Position numbers and translations under genes: made by a program. A stretch of 24,765 nucleotides of DNA from contig JBHLPL010000017.1 in the NCBI GenBank assembly GCA_048939465.1, positions 1-24,765 of the forward strand. The letters are read 5' to 3'. The notes beneath the pieces are model-generated. The model did not search any database, was not told the DNA's origin, and was given only the letters and a program-made list of their open reading frames with translations. The DNA comes from Promethearchaeota archaeon. Lineage in GTDB: Archaea > Asgardarchaeota > Odinarchaeia > Odinarchaeales > JBHLKK01. Below, piece by piece: positions 16,584 through 24,552 of the stretch (positions within the stretch are counted from its first letter, which is position 1; each line of letters begins with the position of its first letter).

Positions 16584-17003
16584 ATGAGACTAGATGATGG
16601 TGAAAAAGAAGCAATCAAGAAGGACGGTCTACGGTGGGGCGTTCTGAAGTGTCTCCATATAACCCTATGCCGGGCTGGATACGGCATGCCTAACTCCGTA
16701 AACAATAACCTAGAGGTCATCAGATCGATTATCGAAACAGGATGCCATGGTATCAAGGGTTTAGAAGAACTATTGAACCGAGTTGAGGACATATTAACCG
16801 ATAAGATGATTTACTTGTTTAGATCATTTCAGTGGTACTGCATGTTGCTTAAAGCAAAGAATGGAGAACTGACAAGAAATGAGACCATGATAATACCTTA
16901 TATGAGAAGTTTGATCCGAAAACATGAGTTTCTAGACTTGTGTATACCCACCGGCCTAGAAACAACCCGAGCAATCGAGGCCTCACTTGCTGTCAAGCAT
17001 TAG
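16584..17003 (+). CDS. Hypothetical protein, DUF2096-like
   Basis: RWGVLKCLHITLCRAGYGMPNSVNNNLEVIRSII resembles the W-x-VL..L..G..P..V...L pattern of archaeal DUF2096 as recalled; not verified. Confidence 0.55.
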   Translation: MRLDDGEKEAIKKDGLRWGVLKCLHITLCRAGYGMPNSVNNNLEVIRSIIETGCHGIKGLEELLNRVEDILTDKMIYLFRSFQWYCMLLKAKNGELTRNETMIIPYMRSLIRKHEFLDLCIPTGLETTRAIEASLAVKH

Positions 17004-17236
17004 AGTTTGCAAGATTACCATCAAGAAACCAGGATGCAGATCTGAAGTTTTGCCTGCTCCACGGTGATGAGGTTTCTGCAAAACGCCTCATTTCCTTCAA
17101 TTTTCATACAGTAAGTCTCTGTCGTGATGGTACGAATCTGGCAAAGAATGAGGGCAGATTTTTTGGACCGATATGAAGCGAACAGTAAGAGTTAACCGTA
17201 CTTTCACTTCTATTAACCATGATTATGTAGGATTGC

Positions 17237-17285
17237 GTGAACTACTCCACTCTTTCGGACGGAGTCCTCTTACGGAGAAGAAGAT
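17237..17285 (-). repeat. Hairpin repeat copy E
   Basis: Minus strand AUCUUCUUCUCCGUAAGAGGACUCCGUCC-GAAA-GAGUGGAGUAGUUCAC; 42/49 identical to copy A 15 kb away; two hairpins kept through G-U wobbles. Confidence 0.8.
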
Positions 17286-17316
17286 GCTCAAGTACTGCAA
17301 AAGCCATATCTTATGC

Positions 17317-17817
17317 TCAATCTCTTTCAGACATATCTTTGTACATCTTTTTCTTATTCTTCGAAGTACGGTTCAATGTATTCTTATTAGAATCAAGAGA
17401 CATGCTTGGGTCGCCAAGATGCAGTGTATAGCTCCGCTCTTCATCAGCTCTCTGTATCACCCACCCCTTGTAGGGAAATTTGGCAGCAACAATAGCGATC
17501 CTATCGCCGAACGGTTGAAACATCTCAAGAAATAGATGCAATTTCCTCATCTGATTCCGCGGGAAGCGGGCGTATCCCTTCCGGCTAACTTTGACCTCAA
17601 AGGCGAGTATAGTATCATCCCTGGTTGCCATTACATCGGGAAGCGGCTCGCCGCTTGGAGCACTGACAGGAATTCTTATCGCTTTCCAACCTTTTGCTCT
17701 AAGTAGTGCAACAAGTTCGCGTTCAGCGTCATACCCTTTCTTCTTTCTTCCCTTAAACCCGTCCTTAAATGATGTACTTCTGGGTTGTTTGTTGTCAGAC
17801 GTAGGCTGATCCTCCAC
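17317..17817 (-). CDS. hjc: Archaeal Holliday junction resolvase (PD-(D/E)xK)
   Basis: KGYDAERELVALLRAKGWKAIR, LPDVMA, AFEVK, QMRKL..F; E / PD / ExK active site intact. Confidence 0.88.
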   Translation of the reverse strand: MEDQPTSDNKQPRSTSFKDGFKGRKKKGYDAERELVALLRAKGWKAIRIPVSAPSGEPLPDVMATRDDTILAFEVKVSRKGYARFPRNQMRKLHLFLEMFQPFGDRIAIVAAKFPYKGWVIQRADEERSYTLHLGDPSMSLDSNKNTLNRTSKNKKKMYKDMSERD

Positions 17818-17885
17818 GTATATGAAAACACGCAGTACATATTCAACAGATATGATCCTTAAAAGGATACCACCAGAGATTCATA

Positions 17886-18785
17886 CTACATCAGGATCAG
17901 GACAAGGAGAGAGGCTAGCTTAAGAAGGCAGCCTACTATGAAAACTGTAGCCCAGCCGGTTTCACTCCAGCGTCTGACTTTGGCCCCATCGAGAATACTG
18001 ACAGGCATAAGATTGAACCAGGCCAGATCAATGCTAAAGGTTGAACCAAGTACACAAACGAGGAAAACACTGGGATTCATTGATAGAAAAGCGATAAGAA
18101 GCAGCGAAAATCCCATTATCGTGTTTGCAGTAGGACCAGCTAAAGCGATTTTTCCATATTCCTCCTCGGTGATTTCGTTGCCTTCATCCAAAAAAATAAC
18201 TACGGCTCCAGGAGCAAGAATTCTGAAAGGAAGTATTGTCGAAAACAAGGTTAAATATGAACTATATCTTACAAGTCTGAACTCAGCATTGTATCCGAAT
18301 TTTCGTGCTACGAATTTGTGAGAGAACTCGTGAAGAAAGAATCCTGATGTTATAAGAATGGTTAGGGCAAGAAGGAAAGGTGTGCCCGCAGGAGGAATTT
18401 GTCCTGTTGGCTGATGTATGTCAGCTGGCAGAAACCAGCTAAGAAGGAGCGGAAATAACGTTAATTCAACAAATACAACCATAAGAATGCCGCCCAGCAA
18501 GTGTGCAATCTCGATTCTTGAAAGAGGAAAACCCATCCTGGCCCTACTATCGACCAGTCTTCCTTTTAGGGCGGGGCGAAGCAGAGGATTAGCGCTTGAC
18601 TCCGAATCAGTTTCTTCCCGGGGATTTTCGCTTAGTCTTCCAGATCTGAAAAGCTCAGGTACCTTGCGTGAAAAACGGCTCCTTTCGTTGCAAAAATCAG
18701 GTCTGAACAAGATTCTTGCCCTTTTCCCGCAGTAATTACAGTCTACTGGGGCGCCGCTTACGTTAAGTAGATACATAATATCCAC
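17886..18785 (-). CDS. Site-2 protease (M50 intramembrane metalloprotease) with degenerate N-terminal Zn finger
   Basis: LHEFSHKFVA (HExxH), GKIALAGP, FNLMPVSILDG (NxxPxxxxDG); N-terminal CNYC. Start uncertain. Confidence 0.9.
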   Translation of the reverse strand: MDIMYLLNVSGAPVDCNYCGKRARILFRPDFCNERSRFSRKVPELFRSGRLSENPREETDSESSANPLLRPALKGRLVDSRARMGFPLSRIEIAHLLGGILMVVFVELTLFPLLLSWFLPADIHQPTGQIPPAGTPFLLALTILITSGFFLHEFSHKFVARKFGYNAEFRLVRYSSYLTLFSTILPFRILAPGAVVIFLDEGNEITEEEYGKIALAGPTANTIMGFSLLLIAFLSMNPSVFLVCVLGSTFSIDLAWFNLMPVSILDGAKVRRWSETGWATVFIVGCLLKLASLLVLILM

Positions 18786-18981
18786 GAAACTTAGTAAACA
18801 TCAATGTGTTTAAAAACTTAATGCCAGATATAGAACAGAAGAAACCCCTGATGCAGTATTTAGAACAGAAAATCAATAAGAATAGTCTCCTGGGAGCTTG
18901 CAGGAGGCCCTCAAAAAAACAAGTATTTATGTTGAGAATCACAAATAGTTAATCAGTCTTCCATTTGTGAGATGAATCAGA

Positions 18982-19590
18982 ATGAATGAGACTTTCACAC
19001 CAAAAACCAGAATCACTAGTATCCCCGGAAGCTCCTTCAAGATTCAGCTGGGGAGAATGGGTGGCTGGGTTATTAGAATCTTGAGAGGTCTGAATATCGT
19101 ATCAACAGTTCCCATAGATGAGGATAGCCTGGTGCCCAACAATATAGTGACAATCATCCAAGTCAATCTTTCGAATAGGTTTATGCCAATCTCACCCTAT
19201 CAAATCTCTCGTGCGGTGTCACAACTCATGAACGACGTGGAAACCGGCTGGAGGCCGGAAGACGAGCGTCTTGTGCAAAGAGAAATTGAAGGAGAAGTCG
19301 AAACAACTGTTTCTGAAGAAACCTCAATGGATTCCGAGACAATAGAAACGTCAGAAGCTGAAATCAGTAAAAGAATCAGAGATGAAACGAAGACCGAAAG
19401 TCAGCTGGAAGGAGAAAGAGAAGCTATTTCACCAAGAATGAGAATGCCCACGGTACTAACACTTCTTGGGCTGCCAAAAAAGGAGAAAGAAGCTGAAGAG
19501 ACCAAGGAAGAAGCTGAAAAAGAAGCTGAAGAGACCAAGGAAGAAGCTGAAAAAGAAGCTGAAGAGACCAAGGAAGAAGAAAGAACCTAG
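18982..19590 (+). CDS. Hypothetical protein: small N-terminal globular domain plus long acidic low-complexity tail with tandem repeats
   Basis: 202-aa ORF; E/T/S-rich after residue ~90; KEAEETKEEAE repeats at the C-terminus. Confidence 0.75.
   Translation: MNETFTPKTRITSIPGSSFKIQLGRMGGWVIRILRGLNIVSTVPIDEDSLVPNNIVTIIQVNLSNRFMPISPYQISRAVSQLMNDVETGWRPEDERLVQREIEGEVETTVSEETSMDSETIETSEAEISKRIRDETKTESQLEGEREAISPRMRMPTVLTLLGLPKKEKEAEETKEEAEKEAEETKEEAEKEAEETKEEERT
19486..19579 (+). repeat. Coding tandem repeat, 33 nt x 2.85
   Basis: AAAGAAGCTGAAGAGACCAAGGAAGAAGCTGAA exact at 19486-19518 and 19519-19551, plus 28 nt at 19552-19579. Confidence 0.95.
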
Positions 19591-19620
19591 CAACAACAAT
19601 TCTCTGTAATTGAGAACAGA

Positions 19621-20829
19621 TTACATCTTGGCTTTGATAAAGCTCTCAATCTTCGTAAAGGCAGATTCCAATGTCTCGGGAGGCGGAAGAAAGACAATTC
19701 TGAAATGACCCCTACCGTACGTCTCGCAAAAGCCGGATCCAAATACAACGACCACTCCGGTTTCATTTAATAGATTAAGCACGAAGTCCTTATCATCTTT
19801 CCATGTTTTTCCAAGGACCTCAATCTTTGGAAATGCATAGAACGCCCCCTTGGGCTTAGCACAGCTAAGACCTTCGATTTCATTAAGTCTTTTGTATGTG
19901 AGATCTCTTCTCTTTCTTAGCCTGCCAACAAGTTCCTTAACGTGATCCTGTGGGCCCCTTAAGGCCGCTATTCCAGCATATTGCGCCGGTGAACTTGCAC
20001 ACAATCGGATACGTCCCTCCTTCTCTATATTCTCTCGAAGCTCACTGATTTTCTCTTCAGGATCGTGGAAGTACATGTAGCCTAAACGCCATCCAGGAAC
20101 CAGGTATACCTTTGAGAATCCATTGAATCCGATAACTGGAAGATCCCCTGCCATAGATGCCGTACTTACTGTGCGATCTTCATATACGATTCTGTCATAG
20201 ATTTCATCGCTTAAGAGGAGCAAATCATTCTCACCGGCGATGTTTATCAATTGCTTTATCAGTTTCTCAGAATATAAGGAGCCACACGGGTTGTTTGGGT
20301 TTATCACTACAAGTGCCCGAGTCCTATCTGTAATTTTCGATCTGAGGTCATCAACATCTGGCTGCCAACCATCTTCCTCGACACACCTATACGTAACCGG
20401 TTTTATTCCAAAGAATCTCGCATAACTGATATAGGGCGGATAGCTAGGTCCGGGAATCAATACTTCATCTCCCTGCGCAGCTATTGCTGCCATGACAAAA
20501 GCTAATGCCTCAGATATACCCGCAGTAACAATTATATCCTCCGGAGTCAGGCTACGTACATTGTTATAGTTCTTCTCTTTATCAACAATGGCTGCCCTGA
20601 GTTCTTCCACACCCTTAGAGTGCGCATATCCGTTATACCCATCTCTCACAGCTTGAATGAAAGCTTCCTTCATGTGTTCAGGAGTATCAAAATCGAATCT
20701 TACTGGATCTCCAATATTCAAATAGAGCATATTCATTCCTTGCTTCTCTAGCCTTTCAGCGGAAACGACAATATCTCTAATAGCGTATTTTATTTCCTTT
20801 ACTCGCTTATTGACAAAAACCATTCTCAT
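19621..20829 (-). CDS. PLP-dependent class I/II aminotransferase (alanine aminotransferase-like)
   Basis: LNIGDP, INPNNPCG, LSDEIYD, GFSKVYLVPGWRLG (PLP lysine), PKGAFY, HFRIVFLP. Confidence 0.92.
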   Translation of the reverse strand: MRMVFVNKRVKEIKYAIRDIVVSAERLEKQGMNMLYLNIGDPVRFDFDTPEHMKEAFIQAVRDGYNGYAHSKGVEELRAAIVDKEKNYNNVRSLTPEDIIVTAGISEALAFVMAAIAAQGDEVLIPGPSYPPYISYARFFGIKPVTYRCVEEDGWQPDVDDLRSKITDRTRALVVINPNNPCGSLYSEKLIKQLINIAGENDLLLLSDEIYDRIVYEDRTVSTASMAGDLPVIGFNGFSKVYLVPGWRLGYMYFHDPEEKISELRENIEKEGRIRLCASSPAQYAGIAALRGPQDHVKELVGRLRKRRDLTYKRLNEIEGLSCAKPKGAFYAFPKIEVLGKTWKDDKDFVLNLLNETGVVVVFGSGFCETYGRGHFRIVFLPPPETLESAFTKIESFIKAKM

Positions 20830-20904
20830 CCACCAAAATCTACTGAGGTTCTTTGCGATTGAGTCTTAAAAATTCATGGAATATTAAATTATCGGTTCAA
20901 AACT

Positions 20905-20953
20905 AAAAAAATGAGGACGGTCAGGATCAGCAGTCTATCAGTGCATGCTGATC
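20905..20953 (-). terminator. Hairpin plus oligo-U downstream of the histone gene
   Basis: GAUCAGCA/UGCUGAUC 8-bp stem (20953-20925), then a U7 run at 20911-20905. Confidence 0.5.
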
Positions 20954-20977
20954 AGAAGAGCATCAAGCTATCCAGCG

Positions 20978-21211
20978 TCACCCTCGTTTCCATTGACGAT
21001 AGGCAAGGTCAATGTCTCTGCCGGTTACCGTTTTTCGTTTTGCATGTCTAGCTAATTCCTCGGCACGTCGAGCAATTTCAAGTCCAAACTCCTCAAGGAT
21101 AACGCCTAAAGCTTTTGCAGCTCTCTCTGATACCCTCTCCACATTTGCCTTTCGAATCAATCGATCCAGGGGTGCAAGAGGAATAATCCGTTCAGCTCGT
21201 TTTCGCGGCAT
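20978..21211 (-). CDS. Archaeal histone (HMf/NF-Y-like fold) with short basic N-terminal extension
   Basis: IPLAPLDRLIRK..ERVS..AAKAL..ILEE..LARHAKRKTVTGRDIDLA; GGTGA SD; TTTAAATAA TATA at ~21263-21255. Confidence 0.95.
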   Translation of the reverse strand: MPRKRAERIIPLAPLDRLIRKANVERVSERAAKALGVILEEFGLEIARRAEELARHAKRKTVTGRDIDLAYRQWKRG

Positions 21212-21511
21212 AGCAAATCACCTGCATTATGGGGAGTCTCTTAGAATGTTCTTATTATTTAAAGCTTTTTCTACCTCAAAATTCATAGAATTCGAGAAAT
21301 AGACGTTTAAACATGAAATAACGCAAACTGGTACCCACAAATGCCCCAAAATAAGGACACAGAGAGGTTATAAGAATGCCGCGTTTTGGCCAATGATCAT
21401 TGTTAGACTTTCACTCAATAAGACATAAAAGTTTAATATCAAGAGAGCACATCATTAGTTCATTGATTGACAGACCATTAAATCGATTTAGAACCTATTG
21501 GATGGATAAGC

Positions 21512-23083
21512 ATGAGAATAGTCTTGACAGCCCCAGCAACCGAGATGAGTGACCACAATAGGAGGATATTCCTGGGGTTTGGAACATGCTTCCCGCCAGA
21601 AATAATCCCTCCATGGTTCTTAAGGCTCTTCTTTTATCCCAAAATAGCGATTAAAAAGAATGGGGCTGTGAAGTATGCACCCTATGGTCTCAGAAAGATT
21701 GAAGCAATGCTAATCAACGATGGGTTCAAGGACAGCGATCTCATCGTGGCACCTCCGGATAGATTGGAGAGGTTCGTTGGATCCGAAACCAAAGTTATAG
21801 GAATATCGACGATGGATCCCTTGGGATACGGCCCTGTTAGCATAACTTTTAGTGCCATTCTAGGAGGAAAGGCAACCACGAAAATTGAGTTCTATAAACT
21901 GATGATGACTGTACGGGATCTGAAAAGGAAATACAAGCATCTGAAAGTAATCGTGGGCGGATCAGGTGCTTGGCAACTTGAGCTACATAGAAATCTGTCG
22001 AAGCGTCTCGGAATTGACACTATAGTAACCGGAGAAGGAGATGCTGAGGTCTATTCTTTCTTTCAAAAAGCAGTAAGAGGCGATCCCCTGCCGAGAAGAC
22101 TTGATATGAGAAGCCCGCCACCCGAAAGAATAACTCCAATAAGAAACGCATCCATAGACGGGCTCGTCGAAGTATCTCGAGGTTGCGGAAGGCATTGTCA
22201 ATTCTGCTCAGCAGCCGCCAGAAAGAGGCAAGATATTCCATTGAAGACCATAGCCGAGGAGATAGAAGTAAATATTCGAGAAAAATCTGGGGACCCAATC
22301 CTCCATGCTGAAGATGTTCTAATGTGGGGCTCAGAAGACAATATCCAGCCAAATCGGAAAGCTTTAGAGAAGCTATTCAAGACAGCTCTTGCAGTTCCTG
22401 GAGTCAGAAGCGTCGGTGTGAGTCATATATCACTGGCTGCCTCTACTGCGGATCCCAAACTAATTCCCGAATTATCCGAAATCATGAAACTGGGCACAGG
22501 ACAGCTACGATTCTTTGCGGCTCAAACAGGCATTGAAACGGGAAGTCCAGAACTCATCAAGAGGCTTATGAGAGCCAAGCCGCTTCCATTCAAGCCAGAA
22601 GAATGGCCGGAGGTCGTGAAGCAAGCATTTGGCATACTTAACGACAATCATTGGGTTCCAGCCGCAACCATAGTCATCGGATTGCCTAAAGAAACTCCAG
22701 ATGATGTTCAGAGAACTTTAGAACTGCTAGACGACCTTAAGAATAACCTGTCTCTTATGGTCCCGCTTTTCTTCGTACCAATGAAGGGTGCAATACTGGA
22801 AAGAGCAAAAGCCTTTATCGCCAGAGAACTGGAATATGCACACTGGGAGCTATTTGTCAAATGCCTGGATCACGACATAGAGCATGTACTGAGTCTGGAG
22901 AAAGAATATCTAAGAGGACTAAGCCTCATCAACCTTGCGGTGGGATTAGGATTCAAGGTTTTTGCCAGATGGATACGGTTGAGAGCGCAGAAGCTTGACT
23001 TCCATCGAGCCTATAAAAAGCTTAAGGTCAACATAGAAACGGCAACCGCGCTGAAATCAATTGCCGCCAGCCCGTCCAAATAA
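21512..23083 (+). CDS. B12-binding radical SAM protein, GDGT ring synthase (Grs) / GMGT synthase (Gms)-like family
   Basis: IVLTA..EMS.H...FLGF, APYGLRKIEA, IVGGSGAWQ, LVEVSRGCGRHCQFC (CxxxCxxC), GIETGSPEL, PFKPEEWPEVV, VPLFFVPM match the Grs/Gms family as recalled; exact subfamily needs a phylogeny. Confidence 0.7.
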   Translation: MRIVLTAPATEMSDHNRRIFLGFGTCFPPEIIPPWFLRLFFYPKIAIKKNGAVKYAPYGLRKIEAMLINDGFKDSDLIVAPPDRLERFVGSETKVIGISTMDPLGYGPVSITFSAILGGKATTKIEFYKLMMTVRDLKRKYKHLKVIVGGSGAWQLELHRNLSKRLGIDTIVTGEGDAEVYSFFQKAVRGDPLPRRLDMRSPPPERITPIRNASIDGLVEVSRGCGRHCQFCSAAARKRQDIPLKTIAEEIEVNIREKSGDPILHAEDVLMWGSEDNIQPNRKALEKLFKTALAVPGVRSVGVSHISLAASTADPKLIPELSEIMKLGTGQLRFFAAQTGIETGSPELIKRLMRAKPLPFKPEEWPEVVKQAFGILNDNHWVPAATIVIGLPKETPDDVQRTLELLDDLKNNLSLMVPLFFVPMKGAILERAKAFIARELEYAHWELFVKCLDHDIEHVLSLEKEYLRGLSLINLAVGLGFKVFARWIRLRAQKLDFHRAYKKLKVNIETATALKSIAASPSK

Positions 23084-23254
23084 TACTCAAACCTTGGAAT
23101 GGTTCATTCATCATTCTTAGATCGAAGTGCTTAAATCTAAGTTATGAATAATATAACTTCAGGAACTGTCATGGCAGCAAATCTCAGATTTGATTGAACA
23201 GAATTGAGAAGTGGCCAACAATAATTGAGAAAACCTTAAGCTTGCTATAGCAAG

Positions 23255-24229
23255 ATGATGAGTTTGTTAGGTCTGGATGTGTTGCCCGTGCTTCTATCAA
23301 TATGGCATATAGTCGCATCGATAATGTTTGGCGTAATTGGCGACATCTTAATCATAATGTCAATCTCTTTGTATCGTCAAGGTTTCGCACAGGATGTTCC
23401 GTCAACCATTTCTGCGGCCTCTGTTTTGCTTGTTCTATGCTTCATGTTCGTCCTAAGCCCGCCGCTGCCTGAGGCGTTAACAGGGACTTTGCTGGCTTGG
23501 TGTGCTGCAGTAATTATCTATTACGTAATATGTTTCCGAAGATCATCCGAAAAGCATGAAAAAACGACTAATCCCACCCCCGCGGTGACCCCGCTCACTC
23601 AACATCTGCTGAGAAAGAGTTTTCACGCTCTAGTATTAGTCATACCTCTTGTTTATATCTACCTCGGTGACTACATATTCAAATTGCTGCAATTGACAGG
23701 ATTACCAGAAGAAATCATAGGGGAAATTGGCCTTGACCCGGGAAGATTCTTCTCAATATTAGTAATGAGCTGCGCATTTGTGTTCATTTCTATTTCTGAG
23801 ACAATTAGGGTCTTTGCAAAAAAGCATTATCCTTTCGCAGAAATCAGCCACAGAACCTTAAAACCCGAAGAAGGAAGAACTATAGCTCACCATTTCCACT
23901 TCTCCCTTGGGGTTTTTCTTATTCTAACATTGCTTCAAGGACAAATTGCCTTGGCAACCATAATGATGGCTTCTTTTGGTGACGCTGCTGCTTCATTAGC
24001 AGGCTTGACAATAGGCAAACACAGGATTCAAGATAAATCTGTTGAGGGTTTCGTTGCAGGTTCCACTGTTTCTTTCCTAATAGGGCTCCCATTTGTAAGC
24101 ATATTACTCTGTATGATCGGGTCCTTTGTTGAATTGATTATTGACATTGCTTCATTGCCAATATCAGACAATCTCCTCAATCCCGTTCTAATAGGGACCA
24201 CTATGACGGTGACTGCCTTGCTTCTTTGA
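23255..24229 (+). CDS. CTP-dependent polyprenol/dolichol/phytol kinase-like membrane protein (SEC59/DGK1/VTE5 family)
   Basis: RKSFHAL, SFGDAAASLAG..IGKH, KSVEGFVAG, DNLLNP; extra N-terminal TM segments. Confidence 0.85.
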   Translation: MMSLLGLDVLPVLLSIWHIVASIMFGVIGDILIIMSISLYRQGFAQDVPSTISAASVLLVLCFMFVLSPPLPEALTGTLLAWCAAVIIYYVICFRRSSEKHEKTTNPTPAVTPLTQHLLRKSFHALVLVIPLVYIYLGDYIFKLLQLTGLPEEIIGEIGLDPGRFFSILVMSCAFVFISISETIRVFAKKHYPFAEISHRTLKPEEGRTIAHHFHFSLGVFLILTLLQGQIALATIMMASFGDAAASLAGLTIGKHRIQDKSVEGFVAGSTVSFLIGLPFVSILLCMIGSFVELIIDIASLPISDNLLNPVLIGTTMTVTALLL

Positions 24230-24552
24230 CCGCATGATTTGGCCATGAACTTAACTCAAAAAACAGCTTTGCTGGTCATGAAATAAGGTTTTTTATATCA
24301 AGGAAAACCTTTAAGTCGTTTTTATACTACAATCCATAGCATTCTTTCAGCATAAAATATAAGGGAGCTCTATCTATTCTCTTTTGAATAAATAACGTAC
24401 GTTTTTGATCTGTCGTAATTTCCTTACATATGACCGAGGAAAATCCTAAAATGTAAAGATATTTGTCGGCAGAAGAGTCAATAGGGCAAGTAATTTATGT
24501 CTTTACTGATGCATTTAGCATAAATTTATTGATGGAACATCCTGTCATTTAC

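Noticed and set aside
16584-17817. Hjc-like nuclease as restriction partner of the methyltransferase
   Set aside because: The sequence fits an ordinary housekeeping Hjc, and it is separated from the MTase by an opposite-strand gene.
20960-20980. Selenocysteine read-through of the histone TGA, prompted by the downstream hairpin
   Set aside because: The histone fold is complete at the TGA, read-through hits another stop within four codons, and the hairpin lacks a clear SECIS core.
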